DNA from: Octopus vulgaris
Lineage: Eukaryota
Direction: 5' to 3'
DNA: 64,000 nucleotides
Assembly (NCBI GenBank): GCA_951406725.2
Contig: OX597822.1
Span: 41,974,001-42,038,000 of the forward strand
Part shown: piece by piece, positions 13,264-25,375 of the stretch
Position numbering within the stretch: position 1 is the stretch's first letter
How the letters are laid out: every line of letters begins with the position of its first letter
Position numbers and translations under genes: made by a program
The notes under the pieces: generated by a model
What the model was told of the DNA's origin: nothing
Databases searched by the model: none
The model's input: only the letters and a program-made list of their open reading frames with translations

Positions 13264-13769
13264 TGTGACCACCTTCGGTTATGAGCATGGGATTGCACCT
13301 AGAAAGTTACCCACCGAGACAAGTCTGGGCAAGGTTGTTTATGAAAGACCAGCAGTTGCCCATGCATACCAGCCTTCCCTCTCCACACCACCGATGTTAT
13401 CCAAGGGAAAGGCAAAGGCCGATACAGCTTGGCACCATTGATGTCACAGCTCATTTATTAACAGGCAAGTGGCTGAACACTCCACAGACACATGTACCCT
13501 TAACGTAGTTGTCGGGGAGATTCAGCGTGACACAGAGTGTGACAAGGCTGGCCCTTTGAAATACAGGTACAACAGAAACAGGAAGGAAGAGTGAGAGAAA
13601 GCTGTGGTGAAAGAGTACAGCAGGGTTCACCACCACCCTCTGTCGGAGCCTCATGCTGCTTTAGGTGTTTTCGCTCAATAAACGCTCACAATGCCTGGTC
13701 TGGTAATTGAAACCATGATCCTATGACTGCGAGTCCGCTGCCCTAACCACTGGGCCATTGCGCCTCCAC
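13264..13769 (-). mobile_element. Composite tRNA-headed SINE (family D) with 12-bp TSD
   Basis: Exact direct repeat gatattgcagct at 13252-13263 and 13770-13781. Minus-strand head gtggaggcgcaatggcccagtggttagggcagcggactc (A box TGGCCCAGTGG). Confidence 0.88.
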
Positions 13770-14361
13770 GATATTGCAGCTACTGTCTGCATTTTTCTCC
13801 ACCTTGGTTATCTCTTTATCTTTCTTCCTCTCTCTCCCCCTCTCTCATCTTAACCATTATATTCTTTTATGTCCATTTTACCTTCTACTTCATCTCCTGG
13901 AGCCTCTTTACCTACCAGGGACTATAAATACTCATCCTACACTAAGATTACCCATCCTTCCTACTCACGTATTTCTTCTAATTTTGACCTTAATCACATA
14001 GAAAAAATACTGATTTCTTTCAATGAAGAACAAAACTCTGTTGTTAGAGCAAGTGTAATGGAGGTGTGGTGTTATGCATGCCTTTCTTGAAGACATTAAT
14101 GCCATACATGTTCTCAACAGAACTGAAGCCAGTTTGTATTTTCAAGGTCCTTATTTCATATACAACTTATAATTGGGGTCAGAGGTCATCTGAAATAAAG
14201 GTTAGTTGAAGGTGGAGAAAGGTCCTCCTTGTATGAATCCTTAAATGAACTATGAACCCATAATGGACAATGAGTTCTTGACAGTGGACCCTAAACATAC
14301 AGTGAATCCTCAGTCTCCAAAAGTTGTCATTTAACTCTCTATTTAAACCTTTTTCTTTCAG

Positions 14362-14416
14362 TGATTCATCGCTCAAGTTACTTGTTGTCCCCAAAAATGA
14401 AGATATCCTGCAGATG
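14362..14416 (+). CDS. ARHGAP21: 55-nt exon of ARHGAP21/23-like gene, end of PDZ domain
   Basis: Acceptor ttttctttcag, donor ATG|gtaagt. AG+T gives Ser, then DSSLKLLVVPKNEDILQM (family pattern D..L.L.V.PK.EDILQ). Phase 2 to phase 0, in frame with both neighbours. Confidence 0.92.
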
Positions 14417-14440
14417 GTAAGTTACGACATTCACTTAACA

Positions 14441-14970
14441 ACCTCTCTCTCCCTTCCCTTCTCTCTGTCCCCTCTTCTCTCTCTCTCTCTCTTGCCCTCC
14501 TCTCTCTCTCTCTCTCTCTCACCTTTTTACTCTCCTCTCCCCTTCTCTCTCCTCTCCCCATCTCTCCCTTTCTTTCTCTTCTCTCCCCTTCTCTCTCTTC
14601 TCTCCCCTTCTCTCCTCTCTCCTCTCCCCTTCTCTCTCTTTCCTCTCTCCTCTCCCCTTCTCTCTCTCCTCTCCCCTTCTCTCTCTCCTCTCCCCTTTCT
14701 CTTTCTCTCTTTCCTCTCTCCTTCTCTCTCCTCTCTCCTCTCCCCTTCTCTCTCTCCTCTCCCCTTCTCTCTCTCCTCTCCCCTTCTCTCTCTCCCCTCC
14801 CCTTCTCTCTCTCCTCTCCCCTTCTCTCTCCTCTCCCCTTCTCTCTCCTCTCCCCTTCTCTCTCTCCTCTCCCCATCTCTCTCTCCTCTCCCCATCTCTC
14901 CCTTTACTCTCCTCTTCCCTCTCTCTCCTCTCCCCATCTCTCCCTCTCCTCTCTTCTCTCTCTCCTCGCT
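14441..14970. repeat. Polypyrimidine (CT-rich) composite repeat
   Basis: About 530 nt, almost purely C/T, built from ctctcctctccccttctct units. Explains ORFs 14324-15010, 14373-14876 and 14527-15000. Confidence 0.95.
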
Positions 14971-15267
14971 CACAAAAAATCTAATTTTATATTCATTCAT
15001 TTGTTCTTAAGTCTTCACTACAAAGAATCGATTGTTCTGTTCCATTACTGTTTGAAATAAACTTAAATATGAACCCCACTTGCATATCAAAACCACCAAA
15101 ACCTCAATCATTTATCATGTATTGATGCAAAAATTGAGCAAAACAAGAATTAAGTTTTGATTCTAAAGAATTAAAACACAAAATTCATGTTGAAATATTT
15201 TCTTAATTTCTTCAAATAAATCTCCATGCTTATCTGAAATTAATTTTTGATTTTTCTTCGTGGCCAG

Positions 15268-16981
15268 GCATATAAGAATACTGCTTATAACCAAACATCA
15301 GCAGATACGTTTATAAGCAGTCACTCCACCTCAACTCCTGTTATAAGTGTGAAACCCGCCGTTCATTCACAGTCTGCTCTGAAGGAAACAACTGTTTATC
15401 TCCCTGATCGTGTCAAAGAAAGAAAAGTTTCCTTTACATTTGGAGAGAATCAACATTCTGATCCTATTTTCTCAACAACGACCATCAAGGAAATCAATCC
15501 ATCTCCACTAGTGACGTCAACATCTTTCTCATCAGGAATTAGCCTCCAGAGGGAGCCACTTGTACCTGATAACATGAATAAAGCTGCATTTTTGGATCGG
15601 AAGCGGGAGTTTGAGCAACGTGCTGCTCAAACTTCCGATCAAAAAATCGATTCATACTCTTTTGGGTTGTATTTTCCACCAAAGAAAGATCAGCAAAAAT
15701 CTAATAGTATTGATAATATCTATATGTCAAGCAGTGGCAGCAACAGTCGCAGGCGAACATCTCGTGAAAATGTGTTGCAATCACGGGAATCATTTGAGAA
15801 TGTCAGTCGGTCTGAGTCCTATTTCCAAAGCCCATTGTACAATGCCAAGGATTCACGGCAGACCTTCTCAACTACATTACGTACCATCTCTTCTGAGAAC
15901 AAAATGTTACCTCGTTCTCAGACCACTTCATCTTTATCCTCCTTTGCAAATACTTTCTCACCTGGGCTGTCTGCAAAGACTGATTTTCTTACTAATGACC
16001 ACAGTTCAACTGTGGAAGCTAGCAAAGCTACTACGACCCACAGTACCCCAATACATTCAGCAGTGGCTTCAGTGGTACATCCTCCTTTACAAATATCTCC
16101 TCTGAACCGACCTAACTCTCATTCTATTTATCAGTCTTCAAACAGTTCTAATGGTGTTTTTAATCGCTCCCTCAATTCTCGAGAAGAACCCAGCCCACAG
16201 TCCCGCCATGTCATCTACAAGACAATGGGTGGGACACCAGTTTTAAATAAAACATCCCTTAATGCTCCTTCCACTGCCCCTGTGCTTCCAGTTTCATATA
16301 ACCAAAGACCTGTTCTTATTCAGCGTAAATCACAGATGGAGTTTACCCCTTGTGCAGTTGGTAGCAGTAGTAGTAACAATATTACTACCACCACTAACAC
16401 CCTTAATAACCAGAACAGCATTGGTGTTACACCAGTGCGGACTATCTGTGTGGTCTCCTCCAAAAGAGACACGCAGTCTCCATCTTCTGTGCCTCTTTCA
16501 CCTTCCAACAGGTATAAAACTGAAATAGAAAAAATTACTTCTAGGACTAAATTTGAAAGTGTTGCTACTCGAGCTGCCCAGTTTGAAAGCAAACCCAGTG
16601 AAGTGAGTTTGCCCTCGCCTGTAATCCCATTGAACTATAAACAACACCGCACCACAGAGAGACTGCTATCACAGGATAATTATAAAACCTACACCTGTAC
16701 ACCAGTACAGTCACCTGCTGAACGAACAACCACCTATAAAGCAGCACTGACCAAAAGTTTAAGTACTCCCGTGTCTCCAAACCAGGACACAACACCTGTT
16801 CAATTAGAGAAGAAGTTATTGGATACATATTCACGCTATGATTCCACACCAAGCATGAACAATTGCTCTTCAGAGTGTTACGTCACAGATGGTCCCTGTA
16901 TCACTCGATCAGAAGGAAAGGATTTTAAACCTACCACAAAACCATCCTATATCACCAGTATTAATGCAACTGTGAATAATT
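15268..16981 (+). CDS. ARHGAP21: Large (1714 nt) exon of ARHGAP21/23-like gene, Ser/Thr/Pro-rich linker
   Basis: Lies in the 585-aa ORF 15247-17004. Acceptor tttttcttcgtggccag, then AYKNTAY (family AYSQDAY follows EDILQ). Donor AAT T|gtgagt at 16982. 571 codons + 1 nt. A large post-PDZ exon is typical of this family. Confidence 0.88.
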
Positions 16982-17037
16982 GTGAGTATATCTTTTTTTG
17001 TTAGTGTTGTTATTCTCAATATCTTCAACTGTTTATA

Positions 17038-17660
17038 ATAATAATAATAAACTTATCGTATGCAGTGCTCAGGTGTACTACAGCTCATCAGGAAAAGTAG
17101 TCAAAAGTGCATGAACAGTACATAGAATATGCACAGGGAGTGAACAATGAATTGTTTAAAAAATACAGAAGTGGGTGGGGGCGCATTAGATGTACTGTTG
17201 GTGAATTTCAGGAAACATGGAAGTTTTGGAGGATGAAGTGTCTCGACAGCTAACAGCTGATGTGGGTAGTTTATTTTATGTTTCTGCAATTCTGAGCAGG
17301 AGAAAATGTTTCCAAAAGTCATGGGTGCTGTGTTGCTCTTTGATTATCTAAGCATGTCCACGACTGTTAGACATATGGGATTCAAAAAGGTGCCCAAGAT
17401 TGTTGTTGAAAAGGTAGTGGATAATCTTAAGGGTGTCTGTCAAGTCAGTTGCCAGATATTGGAGCTTTACTGTGTCCATGCTAAGAGAAGCAAGATGTTG
17501 TGAGTTTGGTAGATATACTTGTTCATCTGCTTCCTTCACTGCTTTAGGAGTCCTAGTTTGTCCTCTCTTCAACCTACCCTTTGTTTATAATATATTCTAT
17601 TGATTTCTTGGATGATATCCAATCTCTGTCTGTAGAAAGCGTATAATCATTTTCTGATGA
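17038..17660 (-). pseudogene. CR1-clade LINE 3' remnant
   Basis: Minus frame HLASLSMDTVKLQYLATDLTDTLKII...SNSRGHA*...HDFWKHF..RIAET*NKLP fits the CR1 ORF2 C-terminus (TRGH..K, R.HFF..RV...WN.LP). 3' UTR ends cacctgagcactg + (ATT)n. Contains stops. Confidence 0.8.
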
Positions 17661-18228
17661 TAGGTGTTACTCATGTCCTCTACTCTATACATTACATGTT
17701 TATTCAGTGTCAAATTATCATCATCATCGACATTACCATTTATTATTTGATTTTTTTCATCAAGATCAGTTCTTAAAAGAATGAAATAAAATAGGAAACT
17801 GGCTGATGCTGTTTCCTGGGCGTGAATTTCTCTCCATTTGTTTGTAATTCAGCAACTGAATTCCCTAATCATTCACTGAAATTATCTTCACAATCTACAG
17901 TGCAGGTGTATAAAATTATACTAATTTAGAGCTATTGACCAGCCATTCTCCATCCTCTCGCCATTCTTCTATTTGCGCCTAACTGGGATTTAATATGAAA
18001 CCTGTTTTTATTTCTGCCAGCTTTTTTTCCCCACCTCTTGAAACCGCAAAACATTTTCCATTTATGAATAGGTGAAGGGAGATAACTCTTTATTGCGCTG
18101 TTAGATTTTCGCTCTTAACGTCAACATTACTCACGCTTATAACGCACACATTACAGATTATCATACTACACCCATATACCCGGGCAACCACCCCTAAAAT
18201 ACAGTCTTGTATACAATCATTATTTAAT

Positions 18229-18518
18229 CAGGTCTTGAGTTATTTCTATGGCTTTACAGCCAGATAAAAAGATATAAATATATATATATATACATACAGA
18301 TAGATAGATAGATACACACGCACACACACCTATACATACATATACATGTATATATATGCTGGATAATGCAATAAAAGACAAACTGTCAATGGTTCTTACA
18401 TATACACATACATATATGTGTGTGTGTGTTTGTGTATATACACACACACACATTTTGCTACACACGAAACTCTTGAGCAGGTCTTGAGTTATTTCTATGG
18501 CTTTACAGCCAGATAAAA

Positions 18519-18565
<47 letters not shown>

Positions 18566-18630
18566 GATAGATAGATAGATACACACGCACACACACCTAT
18601 ACATACATATACATGTATATATATGCTGGA
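18229..18630. repeat. Direct duplication of a ~135-150 bp segment
   Basis: caggtcttgagttatttctatggctttacagccagataaaaagata...tatatatgctgga at 18229-18363 and 18478-18630, differing mainly in (TA)n length. Confidence 0.9.
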
Positions 18631-18766
18631 TTGAAATTAACATGCGAGTGGTTGAGCATTCTACAGACACATGTACCCTTAACCCTTTTGTTACTAACCC
18701 GGCCAAAAGTCATCAGTCATCCTTCACACAGGATGACTAGATGGTCATTGTTAAAACCGGACAAAC

Positions 18767-18811
<45 letters not shown>

Positions 18812-19137
18812 AGCACTCCATTGGTTACAACCACGAGAGTCCCCGCTGATACAATCAATGGAACAGCCCAGCCTGTGAAATTAACATGTGAGAGCATCTC
18901 AAAATAAATACAGTAACGAAAGGGTTAATGCAGTTCTCAGAGATATTCAGCGTGACACAGAGTGACAAGGCTGGCCCTTTGAAATACAGGTACAACTCAT
19001 TTTTTGCCAGCTGAGTGGACTGGAGCAATATGAAAATGAAATGTCTTGATCAAGGACATAATGCATCGCCAGGAATTGAACTCACAACCTTATGATCGTG
19101 AGCTGAATGTCCTAACCATTAAACCATGTACCTTCAC
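18631..19137 (-). mobile_element. SINE family D/E interrupted by a MITE
   Basis: cagacacatgtacccttaa...attcagcgtgacacagagtgacaaggctggccctttgaaatacaggtacaac is shared with 13455-13572. The tRNA-like head is at the right end. Confidence 0.8.
18683..18924. mobile_element. Chimeric piggyBac-type MITE (family 2 ends, foreign interior)
   Basis: TTAA|CCCTTTTGTTACTAACCCGGC ... AGAGCATCTCAAAATAAATACAGTAACGAAAGGG|TTAA. The ends match the reverse complement of 33204-33423; the interior does not. Confidence 0.8.
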
Positions 19138-19163
19138 TATGTATACATATACATAGATATGTG

Positions 19164-19212
<49 letters not shown>

Positions 19213-19671
19213 TTATATGTGTGTGTGCACACACACAAATTGGTTAGTGTATATATTTATGCATATGCATACAAAACTGATGGTCAAGTAAAGGCCTACT
19301 GTATAATTAGATTAATTACCAGTTATGATTCATTAAAAGATGTTGCGATATTCATACCTGTTCTAACAGTAATTAACAACATAAATTAGACTAATGACAC
19401 ATTAATTAAACAACTCTATTTCTATTTATAATTAATTATTCACTAATGAAGATAACTTGTAGATATGTCACCAAATATGACTTCACTGCCACCCCCTATT
19501 TAATCACTAGCTTCACCCCATCTATCCATATTTTTTCCTGCCTTCCTTTGACTGTTTTACACTCTACACACACACACACATACACACACACACACATGTT
19601 TTCACAGTATCCAACCCCTCCTACACCTAATTTGTGATTAAGCTCTGTGTGTGTGTATGTACATGGACACA

Positions 19672-19840
19672 TATGAAGGTGTGTGGTCTAATGTCTAGGG
19701 GTTTGGCTTGTGATCATAAGGTTAATAGTTCAATTCCTTGATTAGATGGCATTTTATGTTCTTGAGCAAGATGCTTTATCTCACGTTGCTCCAGTTTACT
19801 CAGCTAAAAATGAGTACCAACTGAATGTTTGTGCAGCAGT
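19672..19840 (+). mobile_element. SINE family E (tRNA head + CORE-like region)
   Basis: gttcaattcc...gttcttgagcaagatgctttatctcacgttgctccagtttactcagct...aaatgagtacc. Related to 25500-25800 and 41293-41545. Confidence 0.7.
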
Positions 19841-20216
19841 CCCCTACCTTTATTTGGTTGTAATACCCTAGATATGATGTAACCACAGTAAGGATAGAGA
19901 GAGGGCTGCACCTTTTGGTCAAGATGTGGAAGGGCTGAGAAGATGTCTGTCTTCTCATAACAACATAGGCTCCAAAATCAACTGGCAAAATCATTGTATG
20001 GGGTACCATATCATACTCACTAACAAGCACAGCTAAACTCTGTTTTTGTGTGTGTGTGTGTGATGAAGCATTGCTTACTATCTTTAAGGTCATTAATTCA
20101 GGTGTCCATAGCTAACCACTAACTTCTGGTAACATAGTAAAGTTTGACTTAACATAGTAAAGTTTGATCATATCACTTTAGTTCACATAGTCATAAATTC
20201 TCTATCATTACCTCCT

Positions 20217-20254
<38 letters not shown>

Positions 20255-20257
20255 AGA

Positions 20258-20605
20258 CACAAGCATGACTGTGTGGTTGAGATGTTCACTTCCTAACCAC
20301 ATGGTTTTGGGTTCAGTCCCCCAACATGGCACCTTGTGGGGTGAATCGAGCAGAGACAGCTTAAGATTTGAGAGGATTCATCTGACTTGCTGAGGGAAAG
20401 ACTACCTCTATAGTGCTAGTGTCATAGGAAAATGCACCCAGTACATTTTGTAAAGTGGTTGGTGTTGAGAAGAGTAGCCAGTCATAGAAACCCAACCAAA
20501 ACTAAGTCAATGAAACAAGATATAATTCTCCAATGTTTGATCTTGTCATACTGTCCAATCCATGCCAGCATGTAAAACAGACATAAAACAATGATGGAGA
20601 TGATG
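20258..20605 (+). mobile_element. SINE with family A-type head and family C-type body and tail
   Basis: actgtgtggttgag...ggttcagtcccc, then gtaaagtggttggtgttgagaag...catgccagcatgtaaaacagacataaaacaatgatg. Confidence 0.65.
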
Positions 20606-20689
20606 TGTCATTGTCATCATTTTTCACATCTGCTTTTTCATGGTTTCATGAGTTGGACAGGTCTTCACCACTAACTCCCCACTTGTGAT

Positions 20690-20905
20690 TCTTTATCAAC
20701 TCCTTCATGAAGTTCTACCTCTTGAGATCCATTTTTATCATTTTTTCCTCTTCCTTGGACTCCTTCCTCTTGCACCTCCCACCAGGTCTTTATCCAAGAA
20801 TCTCCTACCATGTCATATCTTCCATATGCATCATATGTTTGTATCATGTCAGTCTTCTCTCTTGTACATTACATTTGGTTTCTCTTGTATCCAGTTTTTC
20901 TCTCT
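20690..20905 (-). pseudogene. RTE-clade LINE 3' remnant (degraded)
   Basis: Minus frame KCNVQERRLT*YKHMMHM..., homologous to 43480-43820. Confidence 0.5.
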
Positions 20906-22506
20906 GGTTATTTGTGCTCTAGTACACACACACACACACACACACTTGCAACAAATATTTTAAGGCCAGTTTCCCTGTTAAAGCAGTGTTTAACTTTGTG
21001 GGCCCTTTGACTGTCCACTCTTCTCTAATCTGAAATTCCAAAACATGTTCTGTAGTGCCACAACCTTCTCTCTAATGTGCTACAACACATTACAATATGC
21101 TGCTCTATCATGTTACAACTTACTGTCCCACTGTCTCACAATGCACTGCCTGCTGTGTGACACTGCACCCCTTCTCAGTGTTTCATGCACCATCTCTCTC
21201 TATCACCACACACTGTCCCACAGTATCACAACAGTTGCCTCATAGTGTCATAACCCACTTCCCTACACTAACACAACATGCCAGTGATATATTATGAACC
21301 TTAAAAAACCTTTCGTAGAAAAATTACTTAAATCATAACTGCACAATACGTGGATGTCTGCATGTGAGGGTGTACTGTGTGTGAATGTGTGTAATGTGCT
21401 TCTTTGTGTGTGTCTATGTACAATGTGCATGCTATACAGTATGTATATGGTGTATTTGTATTGTACATAGTGTGTACATTGATTCCTATTCTTAAAGATA
21501 TCAATTTTTATATCTGTGAACAGCTGCAGATTAAAATCAAATAATATTCCTTGTAGAAAGATAATTGGTTTTTTCTTCCACTTCCTTCACCTGCTACAAA
21601 AGAGCAGTCAATTGGTTTAAATTTGATTCCTCTACACAGTTATTGTTGTTGTTTTAAGTAAATACAGGCACTTTGATAAGAACTTTTGCCATCTTCAGTG
21701 AAGACAGAGATAAGGCAAAGCCATGTCATAATGTAACTCTAGACATATTTTGTTGTAAATGATCTGGCAAAATTGTTGAGGTGAGGGTTAGCAATCAGAA
21801 CTGTACAAAACCACAACGCCAAACTACAGCCGGTTCTCTGTATTTATTAGATAAAGGGCTACAAATAAATGAAACACAATCTTGTTGTGTTACACACACT
21901 TGTTGAGGATGTCGTCATCTGTAACGAGGTCACTAGTTAACGAAGAACAGAACAAGGAGGATATGTGTGTAAGCATCGAATAATAAAAGCTGTCTGACAT
22001 TCTGACAGAATTCCATGGTCCCACTCACTAAATTATGACCATATCTGAAGCTAGTGACTCAGTGGAGTATTTGAATAAATATGTGTGCATTTAGCATATG
22101 CTGTTAGTCATGCATGTGCGTGTGTGCGTACAAATTATAATATAAGACTTGATATGGGTTTCCTTCTGTATATCCAAGACTATTTAAATATTAACATATC
22201 TGATATATATGTTTATATATATATATATATATATATATAATTCTTATTACTGTTCTGTACTCAACTAACACTTTGTTCAGAAGTATATGTATATTGAGTT
22301 CTACACCAGGTTATTAGTATTGCAGTGCCTAAGCAAAATATATATATAGATATATATATTTAAATACTGAGTGTAGAAATTAATATCAATCAATTAACAT
22401 CAATTTAAACGAGTAGTCTAGCATATTCAAAAATATCCGAAGATTTAAAAATTATATTACAATTAATAAGAGAAAAGTGGTCATTCCTCTTATTAATTGT
22501 TATATA

Positions 22507-22871
22507 CTCCTTTACTTGTTTCAGTCATTTTGACTGTTGCCATGCTGGAGCATCATCTTTTAGTCAAAGAAATCAACCAAAGAAATAAGCCTGGTACTTA
22601 TTTTATCAGTCTCTTTTGACAAACCACTATGTTACAGATATGTTAACAAACCAACATCGGTTGTCAAGCGATGTTGAGGGTGAAACACAGACACAACCAC
22701 ACAAATGTGTGTGTATATATATATATATATAATGTGCTTCTTTCAGTTTCTGTCTACCAAATCCACTCACAAGGCTTTGGTCGGCCTGAGGCTACAGTGG
22801 AAGACACTTGCCCAAGGTGGCAAAGTTGGCATGCAGTGGTTGGGAAGCAAACTTCTTACCATATAGCCATG

Positions 22872-22875
<4 letters not shown>
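22507..22875 (-). mobile_element. SINE family A, near full length
   Basis: tttacttgtttcagtcatt...catgctggagca...tctaccaaatccactcacaaggctttggtcggcc...agacacttgcccaaggtg. Confidence 0.85.
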
Positions 22876-22925
<50 letters not shown>

Positions 22926-24510
22926 GTGGGAGAGAGGGAGAGAGATTGTTTAAATATGGCTATTAAAACAAATTCTTTCTCTATCAAACCCATCTTCTTT
23001 CAAAAGCAGTGCATTCTTGTAAAAATGGTCCCTAAAAGCTTGGTGTATTTTGCTCCCTAAATGTATCAAGTTGAATAACCTCTTTTTTATTATAGACAAA
23101 TAAACTTTTTTTATATCTTCCAGCTAGATATATGCCATTAACGACTACCTTACATAAACAGTGCTGGACTCTCAATATTTTTAACATTCTCCCTAAGAAG
23201 TTTTCAGCACTTAATAAACCCTACATCTAACAAGGTTATACTCCAATTAAATATCAATTAAGAGTCTCTTATCAGAGATGAGTTTATCTAAATTTATAGA
23301 CTGAATTTCCTTGGAAGTTCTCTTCCGCAACAATTTCTATGGTGAGAATAATTTGTAAATTGTAAAGTATTCTACTCCCTAAAACTATGTAGAATAACCC
23401 ACCCGACCCCTTACTCACTTCTATATACTCATATTTCAAGAGGGCAGACCCCCACCCATCCACCCATCTATACTCTGTTGTCACCATTTAAGAGCCAACC
23501 AAATAGTTTTCATTTGGAGCAGAAAATATTCCGTCTACATTTAAGGTAGACGATATCAGGGGTTTACATCTAATTTACACTGTATGTATGTGTGGTATGG
23601 TATGTGTGCTAATGGCATGTGGTGGTGTGGTAATTGTTAATGGTGAGTGCATGTGTGCGTGCATGTATGGTAATGGGATGTGTGAGAGAGAGAATATGCA
23701 CGTAAACAAAAGCTTAAATACTTGTATGTACTTACCAGAGATTCATCATTAATGTTTACTGAACACACAAACATTCATACACACACACATGTATAAGGGT
23801 GTACATCCCTATATACTGTACATGGGTGTATGTCCCTAAGCGCTGAATGCTGGTTCACAGAAACTTCATCTCACCACAAAGGACTTAAAGTAATTTAACA
23901 GTCACTGTGAACATTTAGGTCCCTATTTACATAACAGTCCCTAATTATGTAAGCTCCTGTTTTTAACTGCTGTTATCGAAAGGTGTGAGTGACACTATGA
24001 CATGGGGGTAGGGGCCCACTCATACTTGTACTCGTCATTATACTCTCAAAAGAAACACTTTTCCGTTACCATTTTTAAAGAAAAATAGATCAGATCCTGG
24101 GTAAGGTGGGGGTGGGAAGAGTATTTTTTATGTGAAATTTGAGATTAGCATCTTTGGCATGTGCCCCGCAGGCAGGAAGTTGATTCTGTGGCACCTGGGA
24201 GGGAGAATATGTTTACTAGGGATGTTCAGATAGGGGTTCTATTTACTTGAAGCTGATCACTAAGGTTCTTAGCCATTATTTATTTATTTGAATTGTTTTG
24301 TCTTTTTTCTCTAATTTCTGTTTCTTTTGTTACCATTTCTGAAGAACATTTACTGTGAAACTAGTTCAGAATGTAGAGAGCTGCTTTTCATACCTGATAA
24401 CTCAATATCCTATGTTCAAATATTGCTGAAGTTTACATTACTTTGCTTCCATCTGGGGTGTGGGAAGATATTAATTAATTACAGTTCCATCCTACATATA
24501 AAAACATTCT

Positions 24511-24812
24511 TCATCATCATCATCATCGTTTAACATCCGTTTTCCATGCTAGCATGGGTTGGACGGTTCGACCATGGTCTGGGAAGCCAAGAGGCTGCAC
24601 CAGGATCCAGTCTGATCTGGCAGTGTTTCTACAGTTGGATGCTCTTCCTAACGCCAACCACTCCATGAGTGTAGTGGGTACTTTTTACGTACCACTGGCA
24701 CAGGTGCCAGGGGAGGCTGGCAACGGCCATAATCAGTTGGTGCCTTTTACGTGCCACCGGCATGGAAGCCAGTCAAGGCGGCGCTGGCATTGGCCACGTT
24801 CGGATGGTTCAG
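24511..24812 (-). mobile_element. SINE family C
   Basis: catcatcatcgtttaacatccgttttccatgctagcatgggttggacgg...; two internal tandem units. Confidence 0.85.
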
Positions 24813-25189
24813 ATTTTTGCACTTATGAAATCATTAATTAGATACCTTTTTATTTATGATCTTAGAATATTAATTATTGACATTGGTTTTGGCACAGTTT
24901 GTTACAATCATACGATGTTGTAACACTGACAGTGCCTGAGTTATCATTATCAACTTCCCTTTTAGGGTGTAAATTTACTGTATTTATGTTCACAAGAGGT
25001 TCATTTATTCACTGTCTAATTTACGATGCTAGCAGAGAGTTAGAGAAGGATTTATATGAGACAGAATTTTACAGCCAGATGCTATTCCCATTGTCAACCT
25101 ATACCTGTTTTCAGATAAGAGATTTTGTTTCTAAGGTTTCTCAGACTGGTCATAATATCAGTTTCAAATTTCAGCATAAGACTAATAGT

Positions 25190-25375
25190 TTCAGGTGATG
25201 GGGTAGGTCAATTACATCGACCTCAGTGCTCAGCTGGTACCTATTTTATTGACCCCCAAAAGACGGAAAGGCAAAGATGACCTCAGCAGAATTTGAACTC
25301 AGAACATAAATAGGGATGAAATACCACTAAGCATTTTGTCTGGCGTGCTAACAATTCTGCCAGCTTGCTGCCTTA
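25190..25375 (-). mobile_element. SINE family B
   Basis: gtcaattacatcgacctcagtgctcagctggtacc...gaatttgaactcagaac...acaattctgccagcttgctgcc. Confidence 0.8.

Noticed and set aside
14050-14320. C2H2-like HLRIH motif on the minus strand
   Set aside because: Cys spacing is broken and stops surround it; possibly an RTE-tail relic, not a zinc-finger gene.
14324-15010. 228-aa ORF and overlapping minus-strand Arg/Glu/Gly ORFs
   Set aside because: Only 14362-14416 is coding; the rest is translation of the CT tract.
15611-16852. Alternative-frame and antisense ORFs within the large exon
   Set aside because: Shadow ORFs of the real coding frame, with no motifs.
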